A stretch of DNA of 64,000 nucleotides from a virus (IMGVR_UViG_3300021400_000154:46615-110614); one strand, 5' to 3'; numbered from the stretch's first letter, positions 12,901-27,037 are shown. A program made the numbers and translations. Notes: generated by a model not told the origin, from the sequence alone.

Positions 12901-15900
12901 CTACAAGCTTTGCGCGATCAACAATCATTAGCTGATACGCAGTCTGAAGAAGCAGAGCAGAGAGCTCTCGGAAAAAACAAAAAGTATCAAGCCGCAAGAG
13001 GAAAATACGATCTCGCAAGACAAGCTTACGATGCCGCGTTGAAAAACAATGATTCTGATTAGATGGCAAACGCAGCACAAGGTATGCGCGACGCCGAATA
13101 GGAAATGCAAAGAATCGCGGCAACATCTATAAGCGCGCGAGCTTCCCTCTCTGCTCTTGGGCAAACGTTTGCTAGGGTTGGCATGCAGTTCGGAAGGCGC
13201 ATATTCCAGGCAGCCATTCGTGAAGCGACTCAGTTTGTCAAAGTATATGATCAAACCATGCATCAGATTCAAGCCATAACCATGAAATCCAACCAGGAGA
13301 TGGCTACAGTCAGATCTTCTACGATAACTCAAGCTATAGGTTTAAAAACCTCTGCGACAAACGTTGCACAGGTCAAATCAGAGTTATATCGGCAAGGGTT
13401 ATCTGATTCGCAAGTTAATGACAGAACTGATTCGATTATAAAGTTTTCTGCTGTCACAGGGATGAAGGCAACGCAAGCAACAAAAGCTCTCACTACGGCG
13501 TTGCAAAGCGGACTTGTTAATAATATTCATGAGGCAATGGACGCGATGGTCGCTCTGGGCGATAGCGCAGCAACGACAGCTGAAGAAATAGCAAAAGGTA
13601 TGCAAAAATCTGCTGCGGCTGCAAAAGTTGCAGGCGTGTCTTACGGTGAACTGACATCCATGTTAACAGTTATCACCAGCAAAACTCAGCTTGGCGGCAA
13701 TCAAGCAGGCACAGCGCTTCAAACGATATTCAGCCGGATGCGCAGAGTAACAAACGAAGGTATAACCAGTGATGAAGGCGGAGAAATCACAAGCGTCAAT
13801 GATGTCGAAGAATCTCTTCAACGTGTTGGCATTTCTATGAGAACAGACGCTAACAGTTTCAGAGATACGTTGGATATCCTTCGCGATCTTGCAAAAGTTT
13901 GGAATGATTTGAATGACATACAGAAGAACAATATCATGTATAATATGGCTGGCGCAAGACAGAGCAATATGTTCTCTGCTTTAATGGAAGGATTGGCTGA
14001 TGATAATGGTAAGACATTTGATAAATATCTTGGGCTTACTGAGGATAGTGATGGGATAACTCAGAGCAAATACGAAATCGTAATATCAAACATCAATGCA
14101 GAACTCGACGAACTGAAAACCACATTCGACGGGCTTGTAGAAGCAGTCACAAACAATGGATTGTTAACGTTCTTCATCGACCTCGCAACAACCATTACTG
14201 GTTTTGTCGCAGGAGTTTCCGATGGATTAGGAGCTATCCCTTAGCTTCTCTGGGCTATTGCTGCTGTGTTAGACGTGGTGAAGATTAAAAGCGCTGCAGT
14301 GGCCGTATTCAAAGGATTGGCGAATCCTGCTACGTTAATAGGGCCGATTTTAGGCCTTCTGGCTGTTGCAGGAGTAGGCGCTTTGGGATCACACATAAGT
14401 GGATCAAGAAAAGCAACAGAACAAAATACTGAACTGAAACGACAAGCCGATTCTGACTTTCTAGAACATGCATCCAGTGTTCGTACGGATAGCATAGAAA
14501 AAGTGGAAAAAGCACTTGACAAAGTAAAGCAAATGCAAAAGATAGATGTCGATATGGAAACAGAAGAAGCCCAAAAAGCGCTGGAAGATCTCAAAAGAAG
14601 CACAAAGGCGATAGGTGGCAATATCTCTGATTGGCCAAATGCCGTAAGAGAGGCTACAAAAGCTATAAATGAAGCGAGAAAAGAAAGTGCACTATTTTTA
14701 CTCGGACTTGGGGATACTGGGGCAAAGGATCTCCAGACAAAATATAATAATAATGTTTAGACATATAATGGTGCCATCTAGTAGTCTGATTTTGAAGACG
14801 GCGGTATATTATATGGCAGATCAATTTTCCAGGGTATATCTCAAAAGGACTTAAAACCTTACTCAACACAAGACGGTAAAGGCGGCTATACTTACGAAAG
14901 CTTGATAAATGATCATTAGAAACTTGACATGAAAGCGCCTCGTAAATCTATGACTTATAGAGATGCGATGAAACAAGATTTAGAAAACATTGGTATAAAG
15001 ACAGAGGGGCTGTAGGACACAGACTTGATCGATTTGCACGGTGTATACTATTACAGTGGCCTTTCCCAAAACTTTAGGCGCGTTAAATACAACAAGAATG
15101 CAGGCAATCAAAATCGTGATAACCAGGAATATGCTTACGAATTTTTTAAACAGCTTTCTGACAACACAAATCAGCAAAATATAACCACTTCATCATTGAA
15201 ACGTGTAGAATCATGGTTTGATCTGTGGACTAAAACAGCAGGATATGAAAACTTTATGAATGCTCATGGTGGACATATAGGTTCATATACAGCAGGTGGT
15301 TCCTTTGAAGACTTTGCATCTGTTATGGCAAAACAACAATACGAAGGAGTTAGAAATGAAGTTATTGGGTTATGGGATTAGGACGAAACAAGAAACGAAA
15401 TCGCAACAAGAGCTGCTGAAGAAAATGAAATTCTGTCTAATATGGACAGCTTGTTCGTTCAGTCGCTTATGACTAACGATGATGCATATGGGCCAGCTGT
15501 AAAACTTTGGACTTAGGGTAACGAAAAGTTTAAGGATCGCATTGTTTCCGAATTTCTTGATTACGCAAAGGACCAAGGTATTACGCCGAATTATACAAAT
15601 GTTAAAGAGTGGCTAATGAAACAAATTGAAACTTATACTTCTGATGAATTCCTGCGGATGTATGGGTCTCCCGAAGACTTTGAGTATTATTATTCAGATT
15701 CAGAAGGCAATCCATTGTTTGGTGCGCATGATTTATAGCGAGAAGCAATCCTTGAGGCGTACAACGAAGAAGTTGCGCTTGCCGAGAAAAACGGTAACAC
15801 CAAACGGGTTGAGGTACTTAAAGCGCTGCAAGAAGAAGTAAGTAAGTATAATCCTTTGAAGACAAACAAAATATATACGTCATCAGGGGCGCAAGTTGGC

Positions 15901-18900
15901 GGTACTATTGGAAGTATTTTCGGAAGCACGAATCTTTCTTCTAAAGACTTGGGATACAGAACTGAATACGCACAACTGCTTGCGATGGCTAACGGAGTAA
16001 CAGACTATGACGCATTTAAAAATACAGAAGGATACACGACATTGACGGCTCTCGCGCAAAACGATACTGCTCTGACGACTTTAATGCAAGATGCTAATAC
16101 CGGACGAGCTGGCCTTGCTGATATTATTGACTATCTTGAGAAAAAAGTCTATGGCGAAAACTATATACAAACAACAGCGTCTTCAGGTAGGGCCATATCT
16201 GAAAATAGACTTGATATTGCAGCGCTTAAAGATGAAACTAGTCCTTTGCCTGCTTCTGTTGCCAAGCGCGTCGCAAGCGCGATTAATCAAAACGAATCGT
16301 ATGTTTATCAAAATAGACAGGCCGCTGCAGCTATGCTTGAGTAGACTACCGATCAAAACCAACGTGGTCTTGAGACAAAAGCTCGTGGATGGATAAGCGA
16401 TCTATATCGGTTTGCGTAGAGAGAAGATATGCTTAAGGACTTAAGAAAGAACTATTAGAAAATGTCTGACGAAGAAATAGCAACGATGTATGGGAGCTGG
16501 GGCATTACAAACAGATCGATGGCTGCGGCTGTTTCCAATAACAGTAAAGTCCTTAGTTCTGATTAGGAAGCAATGAATTATATCCAAGCTCTTGCTGCCC
16601 AGCTTCCTGGATTTGAATATGATAAGCAAACTGGCGGAATCAAGTTTACAGGTATGGATGTAAAAGGTTATGAAGATGTTTTGTCTTTTGCTCCCGTTAT
16701 AACAAATCATGATGTAAGAGACCTTGCTGAGACAATGTTGAATGGTGCGGAAGGGAAAACGTGGAACGATTTTGTTAATAAAGCCAATCAAGATATAGCA
16801 AGACAGTTAATGCAGCAAAATCCTGAACTGTTCACGTATATGACGATGACTGATGCTCAACGAAGAACAGAGGAAGGACAAGCCGCATATTATACTGCAA
16901 GACAGCAACTTCTTACGTCTGAACTCCAAACGCTTGAAAAAATCGGGCAAATCCTTCCAGAGGCCACTCAAGTTGCACAACAACTTTCGAGCGGATCTTA
17001 TGGAGATCAGATTGCAGGCATTAGTGGTTTTGGGTCTATGGTGCAAAGCTATGGTTAGATAGTTGCTCTTAGGCAGAAAATATCTTAGATGACAAACTTA
17101 AGCGATGAAGAATGGAAATAGCAAGGCGGAGAAGCCTACGTCAACAAGCTAGCCACGATGTTAGGATTGGATCCTTAGCTTTTTGACAAGAGTAATGTTG
17201 ACGAACTGCTTGAGCAGGGCAAAAAGAAAGCAGACAAAATATCTAACGGTTTGCAACAAATTATTGAATCTGTATTCGACATAGATTTATCCAACTACGA
17301 CAATCTGGAAGGCGTTATCGCTAAGCTCGAAGAAAGCGGAGACGCGTTATCAAGCTTTTTTGCCATACTATTAAGATCCCTTTCTGATGTATATGGGTTA
17401 AAGATAAATGATCAGCACGAGCTCGATGTGGAAGGCAACGGCATTTAGGGAGCTCAAATATTCCAAAGTGCAGACGAAGAAGAGTCTTATTCGGATAAAG
17501 TCATAGGGAGAGACGCGTTAGCCGCGTTCTCAAGCCAAGCAAGAATAGCTTCGACTTCTGAAACACCTCAAACTATTGGCGATGTAGTTGGTTGGCTTGT
17601 GCAGCAAGGGATTATCTCTGAGACAAATCAGATGAAAAATATGCCTGGTTTTGCTGGACTATTAAACAAATACGGCGCAAACAAGGTTATTACTCCTGAT
17701 ATTGCGGACGAAATAGAGACGCTTACTCCATGGTCTTAGATGCTGGTTAACACGGAGTATGGCCGAAACGCTGATTTGTTTAGCACAGCATTGAACGAAG
17801 ATGGTACAATAAATCAAGATAGATTAAAGGCAATCTATAAGTCAGATGTCGATGGTTCATTTACTTCTTGGGCAGGCGACTTAACGTACTTACAAGATGC
17901 CATAAATGGTGTCGATGGCGCGATGGAAAAACTCAACAATGAAATCTATTACAAAGGTTTACGCGCCACACATGCATTTGGAGAAAATACAGAAGAGATT
18001 GTTGATGGTATGGCAGACATGAATAAAGGTTTAATCCAGGCTACAAACAGATTCACCAAGTTCAATGAGACAACGACAAAAGCTCTAAACAACAAATATT
18101 ACATCAATATGTGGAAAAAGGGAAACAGAGATTCGAAAGTTGTAGATTACATTTCTTAGCTAACGAAGATGGATAAAGAAATGGTCAGCTCCCGAAAGTA
18201 TGACGCTCAAATTAATACATTGTTGGAATCTATTGAGCTTGGTGATATTAGCGCTATTGAAACAGAAGGCACTACTCTTATGGGAAGTTTAGGAGAACAG
18301 CTTCAAGGGATGCTTGACAAAGAAACGATGACTCTGCATCTGAATAATGTCGATGTGGATCTTTCAGAGGGATAGTACAATGTAGATTTTAAAGATGTGA
18401 ATACTAGGCTTGCAGGCATAATCAAAGATCAGCAAATGGCAATGATCAATACGCTGATGCAAGCTGGCGTCAAAGGCCACCTGGAAGTGTCTGGCAGCGG
18501 CGACAACATCGTTGTTCAAATGGTAATAGACGATATGGGCGAAGGTGTTAAACACACTGGTGGCGGTGGCGGTGGAGGTAAGTCAGCCGCTCAAAAACTG
18601 ATTGATCGACTCAAACATAAAGACTCTGAGGCTGATCATCGCCTTAAAATGTTGCAATATGAGGAGACAAGATACGAGAATGCTGGAGAGATCACCAACG
18701 TCAACGCGTTAATAGGCCAGGAAAACACGCTTCGCGAAGAACTCAATAAAAAATATGAGGAAAACATTGAAAAGTTAAAAGAGCAGATGGCGAAGACAAA
18801 GAAAAACACAGACGACTGGTACAGCCTGCGGGATGCCATCATGTCCTACGAGGAAAAGATCAAAGAATCGAATAACGCAATAGAAGAGAACAACCGGAAG

Positions 18901-20355
18901 ATTGAGGAGAATCTGCAGAAGATTCGTAAGCTGCGCACTGCACTTGAGCAAACGGTCGAGCAGGAAATCCAGAACAGAATCAAGCGTGAACGAGATATGC
19001 TTTCCGGGACAGTTGATATGCAGAATACGGTTCTTGACGCGATCAAGCACCGGTATGAGGAAGAGTGGAAACTCGTCCAAAGGGATATTGACAAGAAGAA
19101 GTCTGCGCTTGAAGAAGAGAAGAACCTGATTGAGGAGCGGCTCAACAAGCGCAAGGAAGCAGAAGATGAAGCCCAGAAGTACGAGGAGCTTGCGGAACTT
19201 CGCAGACAGTATGCGCTGATCTCCATGGACTCCACCAGAACAAAAGATGCAACAGAGATGCGCAAGAAGATCACGGACATGGAGAAGGAGCTCGCCTATA
19301 AGTCAGCGGAAGACGAAGTGAAAGCGCGGCAGAATGCGCTTGACGAACAGATTAACGCTTACGACAAGTATACTGAGAACGGCGAAGAGGATCTTCAGAT
19401 GCTGCTCGACAATGCGAATAACTTTGGCGACGAGCTCAACAAAGTTATTGGCATGAAGGACGAGGAGCTGTACAACTGGCTGATGGAAAACGTGACCGAG
19501 TACGCCAACAGCGTCAAGGAAGCGCAGAAGCAGATCATGCTTGGCTGGGAAGACACGTATAACCAGATGATTGGTTATACGCCAACCTACTGGGATGGCT
19601 GGACTGATCTGGAAGGCAACGAGCATGCTGGTGTTTACGACATTCTGTAGAGCAGAGAATCGTATCTGGAGTTCATGAAGGAAAGCCAGGATTACCTCAA
19701 CGCGTCCGAGACTGATAAGGCAGCCATGGAGTACGAACGTGGCACTGCTTACGACGAGTGGATTAACTCGCTCAAGACAGGTGCTTTCTGGGAACACTTT
19801 GATAAATGGATGGAGACGCTTGGCTTAAGTTCAGTGACTTCTGGAAACAGCGGAGGAAAAAACAAACCTGATTTGAATGACCAGTTAAAACAGTTAGGAG
19901 AAACAGCAGCCAAACTTACAGGTAGAACTGTCGCTGATCTGCTCGAGATTGAACGTAGATTCGGGTTGTATGCAGGGCAACAGTTTAACGCTGGGACAAC
20001 CAATGCAAACGGTATTCCTGGAAACGCTTCCGGTGGCCTTGTCGACTACACAGGTCTTGCCTGGGTTGATGGATCGATAACGAAGCCTGAGGCGTTCCTG
20101 TCTGCTGCGGACACCGAGCTGATGCGCAACATGCTGGATGCTGCATCCTACCTTGCGTATCGTCCGACGATCAGCAATATCGACAGCAATGCTTTCGGCA
20201 AAGGCGGGATTAATATCGGAGACGTGAACATTACCATCACAGAAGCGAGTTTCAAGGAAGATGCAGACTATGAGCGGGTGGCCGAACGGGTTGGCGCGGC
20301 ATTCGTCAAAGAGCTTGGCAAGCAAGGATTCAACACAGCCAACTATGCATTCTGA
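3916..20355 (+). CDS. Giant multidomain tape measure protein (~5,479 aa with TAG read through): RNA polymerase-like domain + PD-(D/E)XK nuclease + coiled coil + TP901-type tape-measure core
   Basis: AGGAGG RBS precedes ATG 3916. All ~20 major track ORFs from 4093 to 19675 share frame 1. The gaps I translated are interrupted only by TAG (about 55 by hand count). The gene ends in TGA followed by a terminator. Tape-measure core at 13105-14244 (ELYRQGLS...TTAEEIAKGMQKSAAAAKVAGVSYGELTSML...GNQAGTALQTIFSR). Confidence 0.88.
5700..7320 (+). other. Two-barrel (DPBB) RNA polymerase-like domain within the giant protein
   Basis: Ordered motifs: HDG (5857-5865), RIAGQKG..VDF (5914-5955), DALI*DSVIK, LGRQLSQHL, NPGLMWDDP, GRWP (6724-6735), GGGDVDGD (6853-6876), LGMVS and VDSTFLKTG (to 7194). 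Confidence 0.75.
7945..8700 (+). other. PD-(D/E)XK (RecB/Cas4-like) nuclease domain within the giant protein
   Basis: YSFSQL..LDKSP..WFNRYI...TPAIHIGNVV, GFVDLI (8446-8463), EWDTK (8494-8508) and QVYSY (8548-8562). Same motif order as the free-standing nuclease at 61937-62704. Confidence 0.7.
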
Positions 20356-20356
20356 C

Positions 20357-20394
20357 AGGCGAAAGAGGGGGAGTTCGCCTCCCCCTCTCGCCTT
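20357..20394 (+). terminator. Stem-loop after the tape measure gene
   Basis: AGGCGAAAGAGGGGGAG-TTCGC-CTCCCCCTCTCGCCTT; the T-tract is weak. Confidence 0.6.
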
Positions 20395-20415
20395 ATAAGG
20401 AAAGAAGGTGAAGGA

Positions 20416-21606
20416 ATGACTGGCGGATTTACTTTTAACGGTACAGACATTTCCATCCTCGGTCTGGAATACGTCCCAGACAATCAAAACACATACGTCT
20501 TCAGGCCATCGCAATGGAATATGAATGAGGAGACTTTCGATGCGCACGATGGCGGATATTATTACGGAACAACCGTGAAACCGAAGGACTTTTCGCTCAG
20601 GTGTATTTATGAGAGCAGACATGTGAACGACGGAATCTTGACGAGAATCTTTAATACTTTTAAGAGAGGAACAACCGGCAGACTTGTGTTCAGAAAGCGT
20701 CCATGGTGCTGGTATGTTGCGACTGTTGTTTCCGTTGATAGTTCACAGATGACCAACTACATGAACGGCCTGATCACGATTAACATGAGAGCTTACTATC
20801 CTTTCGCGAGAACGGATAAGACATACATTACAGACGACGATGCTGCAGCAGAGCTCTATCCTGGCGGGCCAACGCTGGAGGAAGACCTGTTGGCGAATAC
20901 AGCCATGCTGAAAGGGATTGAGTGGGACCTGTCCAAGAACTTTGCTGAGACGCCGATTACATCGCAGCAAACATTCCATCTCTATAACCCTGGCACAGAG
21001 ACGGCTCCTGTTGCCATTGAGATCGCAGGCGATACGGGAACGGGCATTGTGATCACAAACTCAACCACCGGTCAGAGATGCGACATCGCGCCTTTCGACT
21101 CTACGTCTGGTGAACATGCCGGGAAATACCTGATCGTCGACAGCTTAAGCGGCAAGGTGCTGCTGACAGATGGCTCAACGTCCACAACATATGGTTTCCT
21201 GTACCACGACAATGGCTATATCGATTTTGCTTCCGGGTATCCCGTTATCAGAAATGTTCATGTGACAGGACAATCTGGCCAGAGTCAGCTGACCTTAAGC
21301 GAACCGATTGGAGGCAAAGAGTTGATCGGACATCAGCTCAGCATGTTTGTGTCAGGCCAATCCTGTCTGCTTGGCATTGCCGTTGTGGGGATTGCCAAGC
21401 TAAGCGTTCAAGGCACAGGAAGTATATTCAATGCAGGCATCACAAACGTTTCTGATGATGGGCTGACACTGTCATTGGACAAATCTCTTGCGTCCGATGT
21501 TGGGACCGATGCTTAGCTTGTGAAATACAATGAGATCACAATCACGCCCAACACAACCATGAATCTTACGAAGCTGATCTTCCGGTATCGGCCAACATTT
21601 ACTTAA
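20416..21606 (+). CDS. Distal tail protein (Dit-like); TAG at 21514-21516 read through
   Basis: N-terminus GGFTFNG...LGL, DGGYYYG and YNPGTETAP motifs. Readthrough gives a ...FRYRPTFT-TAA end abutting the next GGAGGTG RBS. Confidence 0.75.
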
Positions 21607-21618
21607 GGAGGTGAAGGC

Positions 21619-24600
21619 ATGCTTCGTTACAAAAGGAACCTGATTCTTGACGTGTACGATTACAGCGGCAATAAGCAATGCACGTTGTATGACAGCACAT
21701 CAGATTTATCCGGCCAGGCTACAGACGTTGTCGTAACGATTGAGCGAAACGGCTGGAAGGAGCTGTCGTTCACCATCCCCACAACATGCGAAAGCGAGAA
21801 CGGCGGGCAGGAAGAAAACTTCCGACTGCAATACCTGATCGCTGACTATCGGATTCGCCTGAAGGATGATGATGGGATCGACTGGTTCCTGATCTCAGAA
21901 CCAAAGATAACACATAATGTTTATTCGAAGAACGTGTCTGTGTCAGCAGGGCACATTTCTCAACTGCTGAAGACGAAGAATCTTGGTCTGGAGTTCTCCG
22001 ACCATGAGGGCAATAATGTAGGAACAGCGGAAGATCTTCTGACAAAAATCCTCGATGGTACTGGATGGTCTGTCGGAAGTGTAGCCGACTTCAAAGAGAA
22101 GCGTTCCGGCGCAACCAAGATCCGCTCTATGAAAGCTTCTGCGAAGACAGGTGCTTTTAAGCTGATCTCCAACATGTGCGACCTGTTCGAGGCGAAGCCT
22201 GTTTACCATGGAGATTAGAAGACGGTAGACATTATTCCGATGAACCCGTTCTCAGAACCGGAGGATGGATCGCTGCCTGCTGTGGCGACAGGTGAATGTA
22301 TTGAGCTGCACTACGGGAAAAACGTGAAGAACGTTACGAGAACGCTGAACACAGAAAACCTCGTGACGAAGCTGTATGTCTATGGCGCTTATGGTGATGC
22401 AGTGAACGGATACTGCGGTATTGACGAGTGGCATCACAAAGAATACGTGTTGACTCCTCCAGGAGCAATCCCTGCAGGTACGCAATGCACATTCTCCGTG
22501 ACGGACGATGTCTCGGGGATCACGTATACGAGATACTTTGTGGCGAAGAACGCGATCTCTGCGTCTGCAAGGCTGATATGGTAGATGTTGGATCCTGCTT
22601 CCATGAGCTATGTATGGGATGAGGAGAACAATGCTGCCTATAGTGTGTCTGATAAGACAGATACCCATTACAACCTGATCATCAACACAGCAAATCCAAG
22701 CACAACTGCAGCAAAAAGGCCGCGCTTGATTCATCAATCCAGCAATACGGAATCTCGTGCAGGAAGCACTGCCGCAACAGCAGAGCATGGCATGAAGGTA
22801 ACTCTTAACTCACAAATCAAATATCAGTATATTTATTTCGGGCAGAGCACTAATGGGAAAGGAACCATGCAAGGACTGGAGCCTGGGCAAACATATACCA
22901 TGTCTTTCGATGCCACGTGGAAACTTGAAAGTGGGCGGGCAACGCCTGCAACAGATAACTTTGTTGTGTTTATTAACATAGACAGAGGAACAAATACATA
23001 CTCAACACTTACAAGAAAGACGATCAAAACCTTTACAACAGGAGAAGAAACATAGGACAGATGTGAATCCTTTACTTTTACTATTCCAAACGATTGCGTC
23101 AGGTGTTATATAGGAATACGTGCAGACAGTTCGACAGCCGCCAATTATGCGAAGGGTGACTTCATCGAAATCCGAAACGTCAAACTCGAAGCAGGTTCAG
23201 TTGCAACACCTTGGTGCCCATCGGAATCTGAATAGACGCTGACTGTCACGGAAACAAATGTTGTTGACAACAAGGTATCCTATCTGATGGACTTCGATTA
23301 TTACCGCAGCGTCGGGCTGTTGACGGATGAGATGCTTGACGAGGTAGGTGCTTTCCAACGCGAGATTCCTGCCCTTTTGGATACTGCGCAGACGAACGCT
23401 GCAGCGTACGCCTCCACTATCAACGATCTGTCCGAGACGATTGGAACGCCTGATTTCTGCAAGCTCTCCGCGCAGTATGATACAAGCGGAGAATACCTTG
23501 GGTTAAACTTGAACACAGGAACAGGCGGTTATCCGAAAGGTGTTATCTACAGAACGGACTATGCGCTGAAGGAATCGAAACAGTTCCAGTGGAGAACCAC
23601 GAGTAATATATACCCGAACGGAGACCCGTATGAAAACTATGCAGCGGTGGTTTACATCGTTCACACACATACGGATCCTTGCACATACGACATCGGATAT
23701 CTTCGTGCGGTTAACGATCATTTGGAACCAACAGAAGATGATCAGAAAGCACCGACAAAGCTGTCCTTGTGGCTCAAGAGTGCAAACTTCGATGATTCTC
23801 ACTCAAACACAGATCACATCTATCTGTTCAGGCAAAACAGCATCATCGGCGACCTTGGCGCGATGATGCTACAGGACGAGACGGCGGAAGATACGCTTAA
23901 AGACAGCGTAAAGAACCAAATCAAGGGTGATCGCCTCGTGTATTATACGGATCAGGCGATCACAAGAGAAAATCCTGGATTTAACTTCGTTGGATATGCC
24001 TGGGCGTGGAGGTATTACAAAGATAACTCGCAGCCATCTGAAATGTACTTCTGCGATCTTGATGCCGGAGACGTAAGCTGGCACAGGACTTTCGTTACAA
24101 AGAATCCTCCAGCGAACACATTGGGTTCTAACCAGGATTACGCCTATTGCTGGAAAGAAGGAACATTATACCGGAAGAATGGCAGCGCCTGGGAAAAACA
24201 AACAAATAAGTCTACCGTCGACGACAACTTCGGCAGGATGGTTTCCAGTTTCGGCACCGTGTACAACAGCTGCGTTGATCGCGACATGATCAGAAACGGA
24301 CACTATGAGTATTATGCAGTGGATGCCCAGGAAAACCTGCCGGTTGGCAACTACGCTATCGCAGACCCGTTTGGAGTCTACCATGCGTTTACAACGAAGG
24401 CACAAACCGATCAAGGAAAACGGATATCTTTCGACTGGACGCACGGTTGGGTGGCGATATTTAACAGCGGTACAGACCCGTAGAGTGTCGACATCACGAC
24501 TGTGATTGATGACGCTCTGACCAGTTCCCAGTACCGGTATGATTCTGTATTCGACAGCGGCGAGGATGTGCTAAACGATGCGATCTGGGAAAGCGGCTCG

Positions 24601-27027
24601 ATTACTGCAGGCTCTGATCCCAAAGCAGGAAGCCCGTACATCATTATGGGCGGTGGCGAAGTCATTGATGCTTCCTAGCAACGGACTGGATTCAGAGGCA
24701 TTTATCCGAAGATTATCTATCGCCTGACCCGCCCTGGAAATCTCGAATGCGTCGTTCACTTCTATACAGCAGAGCACGGGTATCTTGGTTGCAGAACACT
24801 CAGCGCCGGTTCTTCCAGCGACAGTACTGTAACGGAAATCACAGCGCCTGCGTACGCAAGGTTTGTTCGCGTTGTAACATCCGCAGAAGCGAGCACCGAG
24901 TCTTTCTCCATGCAGTCAAAGTATGCCGATCAGTCCTTTGTTGTGCAGGAAGAGGAATACAGAAACCTCGGCATTGGCACAGGATATGGAAAGCTAAAAG
25001 GTATCATCCCGATGATTAAAAAGTTCCAGGAGCTATCGGACCTGGCATATCTGGTCCAACTGGACGCGGTAAAGACAGCACAGGCGGCAGTAAAGGAAGC
25101 AGAGAATCATCTGATTGATGTGCTTGGCGATATTTATCGGGAAGGCTATTGGCAGAAGGCCGACTATGTGGACGGCGACGAAGAGAAACTGTATGACGAT
25201 GGAATGGAAAACCTGAAGAAGATCGCTAAACCAGATACTACTTATAACGTTCAGTATCTGGATCTCTATGGGGCGAACACAGCAGAGCACGAGTATGCAG
25301 AAAACGGCATTGTTGCTAAGACGTACTGGCCTGATCTAAGCTCGAACTATGCGGTTCATCTTGTGGACCCGGACATCGGCATCAGCCAATGGGCGTTCAT
25401 TGACAAGATTTAGAAATGCTATGACATGCCGTGGAAAACAACCATCAGCATCAATACGAACCTGACCACAATACAGCAGCATACGTTTACGGATGTCATG
25501 ACGCACATCGCAGATGTCGCATCCCAAGTCAAAGGGAAAATGGAGCTGTATGACAGAGCCAAAGCATTCGACGAAGATGGAAAGATGTCGACCTCTACGT
25601 TGCAGGGCGTTATTGATGCGAATACGCTGCTGATCACAGGCGGCGCTTCTACATGGTATACAGACGACAAAGGCAACATGGTCTTTGTCTCTGCCGATGA
25701 GAAGAGCGCAATGACGTTAACTGGCAACGGGTTTGCAATTGCGAACCAGAAAGACGAATGGGGCGAATGGATCTGGAGAACCTTCGGTACTGGCTCGGGG
25801 TTTACCGCTGATCTGATTACAGCCGGTACACTTCAGGCAGACAGAATACGGGCAGGTTCTATTACGCCTGCGAAAGCTTCGCCAGACTTCGGAACCTACA
25901 TCGACCTGACAGAAAACGGCACGATCATCGAGAATGCCAATGCGGCGAAATCATATACAGATGGCAAGACACAGGAGACAATGCAAGAGGTTACGAACGT
26001 GACGCAGAAACTGAATGCTGTGAACGGAAGGTTCGACAACTATGTTGAGCAAACGGTTTACAACGCAGACAAAGATGTCGTCGACCGCAGAGTGTCCTCC
26101 GTGGAGCAGACAGCGAATGGCGTAAAGACAACGGTGGACGATTACATCAACGAAATGGGAACCTGTGTAGAGATTACCACGAACGGTCTCGAACTGCGTC
26201 AACGGCAGAACTCGGAGTACTACGCGATGCTGACGGCAAACTCGATTGACTTTAAGAACAGGTCGAATGGTGATTCTGTTGCTTCGTTTGGTGCCGGTGG
26301 TGCTTACATTGACAAGGTACGATCCAGGAAAGTTCTGTCGGTCGGTACTGAGGAGAACGGCTGGTATGACATGACAGCGCTTCCCGGTGGCGTGGCAGAC
26401 AAGTGGCGTGACGGTACTGCTTCTGTGCTGAAGCCGATCATCATTAAACAGCCGGAAGATTACTATGCGGATTTCCAGGCTGGATCACATCCTATCACAG
26501 GGACTACCAACTGGCCAGAAGCATTTACTTTTACCGTGGAAGCTGAAAATGTTGCTTCGTATCAGTGGCAATACAAAACTGCGTTTAACGCAACCTGGAT
26601 TGACGGTTCCGCTGAAGGCAATAAAACCAACACGCTTACGTCTACTTTAAACGCCCAGCGTCTAAACTTCATATACAGATGTCATATCATAGGCAACGAT
26701 GGAACTGAACTGTATACGAATGAAGTGCAACCCAGAATGAATAATGCTCCTGTTATTCTCGCTCAGCCAAAGCCAGCGTATCGGGAAGTAGCAATTGGAG
26801 ATGTCGTGCAACAAAGATTCTATGTTGTCGGAGCAACATCTTATCAATGGCAATACAGAACAAGCGCAACTCCAACTGGCAAGTTCAAAAATGTAAGCGC
26901 AAACTCGAACGCTCCTACTCGCGACGCAACTTCGGCAACTGCCTTGAAGCAATACTATCGTTGCGTTGTAACAGGGCCAACCGGAGCTATTGCCGTGACT
27001 GACGAATTTGTCATCGAATGGAAGTGA
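21619..27027 (+). CDS. Large tail hub/Tal-like protein (~1,802 aa; seven TAGs read through)
   Basis: Track ORFs 21619, 22240, 22585, 23287, 24910 and 25426 are all frame 1 and separated only by TAG. Motifs: YGKNVKNVTRTLNTENLVTKLYVYG, KLEAGSVATPWCP, WRTFGTGSGFTADLITAGTL and C-terminal Ig-like SYQWQY repeats. Confidence 0.8.
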
Positions 27028-27037
27028 GGTGAAACGA

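Noticed and set aside
3916-20355. Decayed pseudogene, or C-to-T damage/sequencing artefact
   Set aside because: Interruptions are exclusively TAG with no frameshifts. Random decay or deamination in this CAA-rich gene would also create TAA and TGA. A CUA tRNA is present.
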